The notes beneath the pieces were generated by a model that worked only from the letters and a program-made list of their open reading frames with translations, searched no databases and had not been told where the DNA came from. The position numbers and the translations under genes were made by a program. A stretch of 64,000 bases of DNA from Macrostomum lignano (Eukaryota), in assembly GCA_002269645.1 (NCBI GenBank), contig NIVC01000067.1, forward strand, positions 558,001 to 622,000, read 5' to 3'. Below, piece after piece: positions 54,973-64,000 of the stretch. Every line of letters begins with the position of its first letter. Positions within the stretch are counted from its first letter, which is position 1.

Positions 54973-55394
54973 ATTTGTCAGTCAATCAATAAGAGTTAGA
55001 AGCGCAAATAAACAAAGAAATGCAAAGGAAATATACTTGCATTTCAGAAGTAAGTTTATCTACCTTTTATGACCTTCAAATTGACAGCGCTTGTTATTGT
55101 TTTTACAGAAACTGCTTTAAGTAACGTGCTGGACGTACTACTAAAATTAGGCAGATCAGAAAGACAACCTTTTCAAATTGTAGTCAAAACAAAGGCTTTG
55201 TAAGACAATTGAATGAACTTTATCATCAATATTTCGTTTTGTATTGTGCATAAGCAGTCAAATCGAATATATTTATTTCAGTATAAACAAATAAACATGG
55301 CAATAGGCAATCATATTAATAAGCATCAAAGGCATCATTTTCGAGTCAGGTATGTAAGATGGAGCCACAAATTTTCGCATACTTGTATTTTGCC

Positions 55395-56015
55395 TTACAG
55401 AAGTCTGTCTTTACAGAAGTCTGTCCTTACAGAAGTCTGTCCTTACAGAAGTCTGCCCTTACAGAAGTCTGTCCTTGCAGAAGTCTGCCCTTACAGAAGT
55501 CTGTCCTTACAGAAGTCTGTTCTTACAGAAGTCTGTTCTTACAGAAGTCTGCCCTTACAGAAGTCTGTCCTTACAGAAGTCTGTCCTTACAGAAGTCTGT
55601 CCTTACAGAAGTCTGCCCTTACAGAAGTCTGTTCTTACAGAAGTCTGTTCTTACAGAAGTCTGTCCTTACAGAAGTCTGTTCTTACAGAAGTCTGTCCTT
55701 ACAGAAGTCTGTCCTTACAGAAGTTTGTCCTTACAGAAGTTTGTCCTTACAGAAGTCTGCCCTTACAGAAGTCTGTTCTTACAGAAGTCTGTTCTTACAG
55801 AAGTCTGTTCTTACAGAAGTCTGCCGTTACAGAATTCTGTCCTTACAGAAGTCTGTCCTTACAGAAGTCTGTCCTTACAGAAGTCTGTCCTTACAGAAGT
55901 CTGTTCTTACAGAAGTCTGTCCTTACAGAAGTCTGTTTTTACAGAAGTCTGCCGTTACAGAAGTCTGTCCTTACAGAAGTCTGTTCTTACAGAAGTCTGC
56001 CCTTACAAAAGTCTG
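55395..56015. repeat. 16-bp minisatellite
   Basis: ttacagaagtctgtcc units. Confidence 0.94.
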
Positions 56016-56085
56016 TCTTTAGCTCTAAATTCTGATGTATGCGGCAAAATAATATTTAAACAGTTCCTACAAATAGAACTCCAAC

Positions 56086-58624
56086 CTATTCTGCCACAGT
56101 CTCAACTGGAAACGTGTCGAACAGATTAGGATAAAAAGCCAGTCCCTCGACGGCGTCGTCGCGACAGGTGAGCCCGGCTGCTTCAGTGAGCAGCAGCCGC
56201 TCTCTGGCCAGCGTGACGGACAGGCCGGCAGCTCTGGACAGCTCCTGGGCGGTGAGGTGGCCCCGCTGCCTGACAGCCTCGGCCGCTGACTCCAGCGCCG
56301 CCTGCTGATTGTGGCTGGCCAGCTGCAGCACCATAACGCCGCTATCGAAAGTGTGCAGCCTGACTGCCAAGCCCAGCTGGCTCATGGCCCGCGCCGCCGC
56401 AACCAGATCCTCCGGCGAGATCAGGTCGAGTCCCCGAGCCCGATTGTACAGGCAGTAGGCGTCTGTCAGGGTCATTACGCCGCTGCGTTCGCGAAGCGGC
56501 TGCTCTAGGAATTCGCTCACCTGTTGAGGAAAGTTGCGGTGATATAGGTGTCTATGCTGTCCTGTATGCGAGCTTTTCCGCCACTCTCTACTCACTCACT
56601 CAGCAGGACTCTGCCATTCCCTACTCACTCAGCAGGACTCTGCCATTCCTTATTCACTCACTCAGCAGGACTCTGCCATTCCTTATTCACTCACTCAGCA
56701 GGACTCTGCCATTCCTTATTCACTCACTCAGCAGGACTCTGCCATTCCTTATTCACTCACTCAGCAGGACTCTGCCATTCCTTATTCACTCACTCAGCAG
56801 GACTCCGCCATTCACTACTCACTCACTCAGCAGGACTCCGCCATTCACTACTCACTCACTCAGCAGGACTCCGCCTTTCGCTACCAGGCTAATAAAATGA
56901 ACACACTATCAGCTAACCTGCTTGGCCAGGCTATTAAAATAATGCGATCCGCCACCGTACTGCTCTCTAGTAATTGGATCTTGCACGCCCATAGCCAGCA
57001 GGTGCTGTTTGAGCTGAGCAGCTTCATCCTCAGGCGGAGCTTTGTCCCGCATCCGCTGCGCCACCGCTTTGGTCATGGACACCATAGGCTCGGCTAGGCG
57101 CATCAGCGCGTCCAAATCGTCGAACGCCTCGGCGATGCTCCTGTCCGCAGTTTTACGCTGCTCAGCCATGCGCCTCTCGATGCCGCCGATGCCGAAGTGA
57201 CGCTGCGAAGCCGCAGCCGGCGCCTGCTTAGCCCAGACTTTGTTGCGCAGAGCCTCCTCAATGCCGGCTAGGAACTCGATGTCGCCAGCCTGACGGAAGG
57301 CAATTTTTATATAGTCCTGATCGGACTTGGCCAGCGGTCCGCCCTGCATGCCGGGAGGGAAGGGGGCGGCCTGCTCAGTACAGTGCATGACTAAAGAGCG
57401 AATATTCTTCGCTTATCAGCTTAGATCCTTTCTCTCTGACTCAAGTCTGTTGCCAGTCTACCCACTGACTCATCAAGGACCAGATGCTATTCACTGACTC
57501 ATCAGAGACCAGGTGCTACCCACTGACTCATCAGAGACCAGATGCTACCCACTGACTCATCAGAGACCAGCTGCTACCCACTGACTCATCAGAGACCAGA
57601 TGCTACCCACTGACTCATCAGAGACCAGCTGCTACCCACTGACTCATCAGAGACCAGATGCTACCCACTGACTCATCAGAGACCAGATGCTACCCACTGA
57701 CTCATCAGAGACCAGATGCTACCCACTGACTCATCAGAGACCAGGTGCTACCCACTGACTCATCAGAGACCAGATGCTGCTACCCACTGACTCATCAGAG
57801 ACCAGATGCTATCCACTGACTCATCAGAGACCAGATGTTATTCACTGACTCATCAGAGACAAGATGCTACCCACTGACTCATCAGAGACCAGATGCTACC
57901 CACTGACTCATCAGAGACCAGATGCTACCCACTGACTCATCAGAGACCAGATGCTACCCACTGACTCATCAGAGACCAGATGCTACCCACTGACTCATCA
58001 GAGACCAGATGCTACCCACTGACTCATCAGAGACCAGATGCTACCCACTGACTCATCAGAGACCAGATGCTACCCACTGACTCATCAGAGACCAGATGCT
58101 ACCCACTGACTCATCAGAGACCAGATGCTACCCACTGACTCATCAGAGACCAGATGCTACCCACTGACTCATCAGAGACCAGATGCTGCTACCCACTGAC
58201 TCATCAGAGACCAGATGCTGCTACCCACTGACTCATCAGAGACCAGATGCTACCCGCTGACTCATCAGAGACCAGATGCTACCCACTGACTCATCAGAGA
58301 CCAGGTGCTACCCAGATGCTATCAGATGTAATCTACCTGTCGCCAGCAAGCATCCGACGGGTCCTTGGCGTGAAAGTTGACCACCAGTTTAGCGGATTTA
58401 AACAGGCCGCCAGTCTCCGAGCGAACCCGTTTCACGTCCTTCAAGTTGAAGGCAATGACGTCATTTTTGTCGCACCAGAGCACCCGGTGGGTGGTAAGGG
58501 TCAGCCGGCCGGAGTCGAACGCCGATAAACGAGTGTCGCCGTCATATAAGCCGACTCCGTCCTGCTGTAGGATGAGCGACTCCGACTGTGCCAGATCTGA
58601 ACTGGACCAATAGAATCTGTTCAT
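56086..58624 (-). CDS. VPS36: ESCRT-II subunit VPS36/EAP45, 3 exons, 391 aa
   Basis: Exons 58624-58337, 57370-56918, 56520-56086, all phase 0. GLUE domain (QQDGVGLYDG...FDSGRLTLTTHRVLW...SAKLVV), GIGGIERR...AFDDLDALM, TLTDAYCLYNRARGLDLISPEDL, LTCRDDAVEGLAFYPNLF. Confidence 0.96.
56585..56880. repeat. 33-bp minisatellite in VPS36 intron 2
   Basis: cactcactcagcaggactctgccattccttatt units. Confidence 0.92.
57465..58310. repeat. 29-bp minisatellite in VPS36 intron 1
   Basis: ccactgactcatcagagaccagatgctac units. Confidence 0.95.
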
Positions 58625-58884
58625 TGTGCCTATGCTAGCAAGGTAACGATTGTTGTCTCACCATGCAATATGCGCATGTTTGCTATTAGAATTTGCTAAG
58701 TAAAACTTGGCGTGGCCGCTAAATACAACGTTATCTTGATGGCACTGATTACACTAAGCAAGCAACCCACATTGTATGTCTGGAGTAAAGGTATGTGCCT
58801 GTATAACCGAAGAGCAAAAACCCAAGGGACAAGATCCCTCGCCAATTAGCTTAAATCTTTTCTGCAAATATTCCGTTGCTACCG

Positions 58885-59408
58885 TCCCAACTCTTCAGTT
58901 GCTTCTTTCCCAACTCTTCAGTTGCTTCTCTCCCAACTCTTCAGTTGCTTCTCTCCCAACTCTTCAGTTGCTTCTTTCCCAACTCTTCAGTTGCTTCTCT
59001 CCCAACTCTTCAGTTGCTTCTTTCCCAACTCTTCAGTTGCTTCTCTCCCAACTCTTCAGTTGCTTCTCTCCCAACTCTTCAGTTGCTTCTTTCCCAACTC
59101 TTCAGTTGCTTCTTTCCCAACTCTTCAGTTGCTTCTTTCCCAACTCTTCAGTTGCTTCTCTCCCAACTCTTCAGTTGCTTCTCTCCCAACTCTTCAGTTG
59201 CTTCTTTCCCAACTCTTCAGTTGCTTCTCTCCCAACTCTTCAGTTGCTTCTTTCCCAACTCTTCAGTTGCTTCTCTCCCAACTCTTCAGTTGCTTCTTTC
59301 CCAACTCTTCAGTTGCTTCTCTCCCAACTCTTCAGTTGCTTCTTTCCCAACTCTTCAGTTGCTTCTCTCCCAACTCTTCAGTTGCTTCTCCCCCAACTCT
59401 TCAGTTGT
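58885..59408. repeat. 23-bp minisatellite
   Basis: tcttcagttgcttctttcccaac units. Confidence 0.94.
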
Positions 59409-59459
59409 TTCCCTCTGAATCTTCACTTCTACCCTTTTGACTCTTCATTTGCTACCCTC

Positions 59460-62400
59460 TGCACCTTCATTTGCTACCCTAAGTTTTTTTTAGCAAAAAC
59501 TAAGCCATATAGATATAGCAAGTATGATTTTAGAGGTTTTGCATACATATATTGTCTTTCTAATTAGTTGCTCCTAATAAAAGTAAATTTATTATAGACT
59601 AATTGAAATATAGGCCTTGGCCAATGAAAATTTAAAAATACAAAAGTACCTTTCTGTGTCATTTTCAAAAAAGCTATTTTGATGAAAAAGATGACAGTTT
59701 GCATTATCCTAATGAAAGCCAAGTAATTATTTTTTAAATGTTTTCTCTATGAAAAGTTTTTTTTCTTTTCTTTCTAGTTCATATTTGTTTTTTTCTATGT
59801 AATTACATTGCAAAGTTATTCATTTGCAAAAAACCTACTTTTTCTTCAAATTTTTATTTTGTAAACATATTGACAAGACTGTCATAAAACTATCATTCAA
59901 GTCCTGATATAGCTTAGGGTTTATAGAATATAGGATTATTGGTCTATATTTATTGTGCTTTAGGATTTTAGGAGCAAAGTATATGGGTTAGAGTATATAC
60001 CTATTAGAATGAACTTAAAAGGCATACTTGTAAAAATAAATATAGGCCTACAAATTAAAAATTGATAGAAAATGTATTAAGCTCCAGAATTATTAAGGGC
60101 AATTAAAACTAAGCAGGCCTATTATTATAAACTTACAAAAAGATAAAAGTAATATGTTATATGATAGGGAAATAGTTTATAGATCCAAAGCCAATATTCA
60201 AAACTTAGGTTATTCTCTATAACTTATCATTCCTCAATCCTTAGACTCAACCTATTAAAGCAAAGGCAAACATGGTCATAATTATTAATAAATATAAGAT
60301 TAAGGCACAAAATTAGATGTATAGCAAAGCCAACAATGTAGACCTTACAATGTTGCATATAAATGCAATAAAGATTATAGAATATAGGAAGAAACAGTAC
60401 TATTTTATCTCCTATTTTGAACAAAGTCTTGTTCAAAAGAACCAAGTATAACTTCAATTCAAACACTAAGAAATCTTAGCACTTGTGGAAATTCAATTCA
60501 AATTTCAAATGAAGTCCCTTTCTGTTGAAATAGATGAACTTTAATTTAGACTATCTATAGCCAAAATTGTCCCCAAGTGATATGCATAAGTAAAATAAAA
60601 AAAATAATGTTACATTCTATTTTGATAGATTTGTATAAATGGATATATTCTTATAAGTTAATCTAATTTCTTGTTTTCATTTTTGTACTATATGACTATA
60701 TAATAACATACCAAGAATTGGTATAAATGCTTAAAAATATTAAATTGAAGATGATAAATTGTTAGAAGAGAATGGAATTTATAGAGTTGAAATAGAATTC
60801 AAGGAAGAGATTGTGGAATAGTAGCTTTGACAATATGCTATTATAATTAATAGTGACAGATTATATCATAATTCATAAAGGCTGCTATACAATATAGTAG
60901 GTAGCAATTATACCAAAAGAAGAAAAATGTTGGGTAGACAACATAAAGGCAAACTTTGGTATTTTTAAATAAAGAAGCCTTTTCAATATATTAGTACATT
61001 TTGCTATATTATAATTCTTGGTATGATTTAAAGATATTATTGGGAAGGCAAAGCCCCTTCCCAACAAAATTATTGGGTTGGCAATTGCCCAAACTGGCTC
61101 TTGGTCTTGGCTTCACTAGAATGATTGGCTATATCTCTATGGACAAGTGCACTAATGGTTTAACCATGTTTATATCTTTCATTGCCTTGGTTGATAGGAA
61201 ATTGGTAGTTAGATGGCTCAAGTTGGCAATCTTTTATTTGTGCACATTTAATTATCTGTTTTGTTTAATGATAAATACTATATTCTATAACAAATTCATG
61301 AAAAGATTAATAAATTTCAATAGATAGATTGTTACCTATCAACTAATGAAGCTGATAATGGATAGTCCTATAATAAATAAAGACAATAAGCCTAAAAAGC
61401 ACATCTAATGGCAAAAATGGCAAAAAAACCAAGTAAAAAACTAACCATGGTTTATTAATGTACTATAATAATTGAGTTTCTTGAGTTGAGTCTAATACAT
61501 CTGCTTCATATCGACTGCCCACTGGTTAAGTCTAACCACCCAACTAATAGTCAACTTTGTGCTATAGATAAATCTTTTAGGCTACATCATTTTGCATATA
61601 CTAATTAGGCCTAAATTAAACAACTAATAAAAAATAATTTAATATACAAGAATAAAAGATTGCCCCTAAGTTGATTAACTAACACTAACTTATTATTTTG
61701 CATTTTAGTCTTATATTTATTGATTGTCAAAATAGAATATACCTAGTTTCTTTTGAATTTTAAATCTACTTATATATGTCATTTGGGGATATTTTGGCTA
61801 CAGATTGTCTGAATTAAATTTCACCTGTTTAAATAGAAAGGGCCCATGGTTTTTTCATTTGAAAATAACTTGATAACTTGATTAATAATTTGATAAATAT
61901 GTGGCATATGGCACCTCACCCTAAAAAACTTGTACCATTTTGAAACTTGATATGCCTATGACATATTTTTTTAATTGTTTACTTGACTTAAATGTATTTA
62001 AAATTTAAAACATCAAATTTTACTTTTGTGAATTGTGCTTTGTATGTGCTTTTGAACAAACAACAAAAAATTTATAGGAAAAAATAAAAATTTAAATTTA
62101 TACCTATAAAAATGAAAAATCCATCTATGTATAATTTTGTTTGCTATGAACTCCCAAACTGCTTTACCAAATTATAGCAAATTTTGTATCTGCCCTAAAC
62201 TTACTATGTCTTAGGCTGTATAGGAAAGTCCTAGGCAAGATAACAGAAATTTAGTATGACCTTAAAATTTCCTAAATTTAAGTCTTTCATACACTAAATC
62301 TTCTAATATACTAAATCCTACCTTAAAGTGCAAAAATTATTAAAAAGTACAAAAAACTAAATTCTTTAAAGTGTTGCTCCAAGTTTACCAATTGTCTTTA

Positions 62401-64000
62401 AATTTGACATAAACAATCTTCAACTATTTTGACACAATTGTATATAATTTCAAGTCTTAAAGTTAATCCCAAATGGCACTATGCACTTTAAAGTTAGTTT
62501 TTTTTAACAATGCAACCACCCCAACCTCTTTGCATCTCTTTTTTCCTTAGGGCCTATCTGGCCAGATGTTTAAAAGGGGTTTACAATTGACTAACTTTTG
62601 GCTGCTATAAGTTTGCTCTATATGAAGCAATTGACTTTAAAATTAACACAATTTTTCATTTATTTATTCTATGTCTAAATGTAGAGTCTCAAACTCTGTA
62701 ACTCAATTAGGAAGGAAACTGTAAGCATATGAAGTTTGTCTGTTTTTTAGTATTTGTACTGTTTTACTCAGTCTTCTAGAGGAAAGGGTCAGGCAATAGG
62801 GCTGAGTATATATAGCAAATATAGTGTTTTGGAATAAAACTTATTTATAGCCTTCTTTGTACTTGTAAAGAGGCTTTTAGCCATGAGAGTTTAGTGAGAG
62901 ATACTAACCACTATCTAATTAAAAGTATTCTGTTATACAAACTGGCTTTCTAAGCACTTGAGTTGATGCCATAGGATATGCACTAAATAGTATGGGTTTT
63001 AGATCATCTTGGTACTTTCTAGAAGATAGAGACTTAAGACTTGCATTTTTATTGCGAGGGCCCAATAGAGAATATAGCTTATGGCTATGGGCTAGATAAG
63101 AGAAAACTAAAGGGGATAGAGGAAAAAGTTGATAAAACATGAGATGAGAAAGAACATAAGACAGAATTAAAGGAAGGGGGTAAAGGAAAGAAAGAATGAA
63201 AGGAGAGATGAGAAAGTAGAGAGAAGAAAGAAAAAAGGGGAAAGAGTAGAGAGAAGAGAGTAGAAAGAAGAGATGAAAGATAAGAAAAAAAATAAGAAAA
63301 AAGAAAAAAGAAGAAAAGAGGAAAAATAAGAAAAAGAGAAGAGAGAACAGAACAGAACAGAAAAGTTTCAAAGGATCTAAGGGACAAAGATAGAGGGAGA
63401 GATCAAAGACCTTAGAGTTTGCCAATGCATATTTTAAACAAATATTAGCTATCTATCATTCTGTTGCAACTCCAATCAACAAGATCAATACTTGCCTCAA
63501 ATTTTAATCTAACACTAGTTTACTTCAATTTCTATTTAATTCTATTCTAACTATTATTTTTAATAAGTTTCTTAAATATGGCTTTAGATTATAGAATATA
63601 TGCAAAAATACTTCTGGGTATTGGACTGCTGCAAGTTTAAAATCCTAGTTTGTATAAAATAAAAACAATGTAAAAACTCAAAATTAGGATTGCCAAATTG
63701 AAAATATGTGCCAAAGTGGCACCAATTGCCTTAATTAAAGTAATTTGTACTATTTGGAATTTGGATTTGGGAAAAATATGGTAAGGGCATAAATTTGGCA
63801 GAAAAACCCTATAAAAGAACTTTATTTGAATTGAATTTCTATAAGTGCTAAGATTGCTTCAAGTATTTGAATTGTAGTTCTACTTGTTTCCTTTGAACAA
63901 CACTCAAATTTGGATATAAAATGGTAAGGCCTATATATATAGTACTTATATATTTGATGTACTCGTATGATTTTGAATACTGAAATTGTATATAAATACT
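59460..64000. other. AT-rich, CpG-depleted, TpA-rich domain 2
   Basis: About 3 CG dinucleotides by eye (~61512, ~63055, ~63964) in ~4.5 kb. Confidence 0.88.

Noticed and set aside
57465-58310. Reverse-strand CTGATGAG in the 29-bp repeat as a hammerhead
   Set aside because: No GAAA core or compatible stems.
60200-63430. Short ORFs in the AT-rich terminal domain
   Set aside because: Low-complexity F/L/I-rich translations with no motifs; products of base composition.

Overview
Animal-type eukaryotic genomic DNA: GC-rich exons with GT-AG introns, most long introns filled by a different micro- or minisatellite. The style resembles a free-living flatworm such as Macrostomum, but that is inference only. 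Genes reconstructed by hand with phase-consistent splice junctions: a 7-exon secreted astacin metalloprotease (+, 6573-14608), DNA primase large subunit PRIM2 (-, 16464-20876), an 84-aa TIS11/ZFP36-type tandem CCCH protein (+, 32772-34376), a LOTUS/polyQ/putative second LOTUS protein (-, 40552-41779), a 7-exon orphan gene with weak SH2-like traits (-, 43198-46471), a secreted PAN-like plus ALK/LTK-type glycine-rich protein (+, 46652-48607), a divergent Rel-homology exon (-, 53658-54004) and VPS36 (-, 56086-58624). Mobile DNA: a frameshifted RTE-clade LINE, a second LINE relic, a Penelope-like fragment with a hammerhead ribozyme, several MITEs, and 22-43 bp hAT-like micro-elements. The most unusual signal is two sharply bounded, almost CpG-free AT-rich domains (~21.1-23.8 kb and ~59.5-64 kb). 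The first holds a decayed paralog of the CCCH locus whose differences from the intact copy are mostly CpA>TpA, TpG>TpA and CpG transitions, a pattern resembling fungal RIP.
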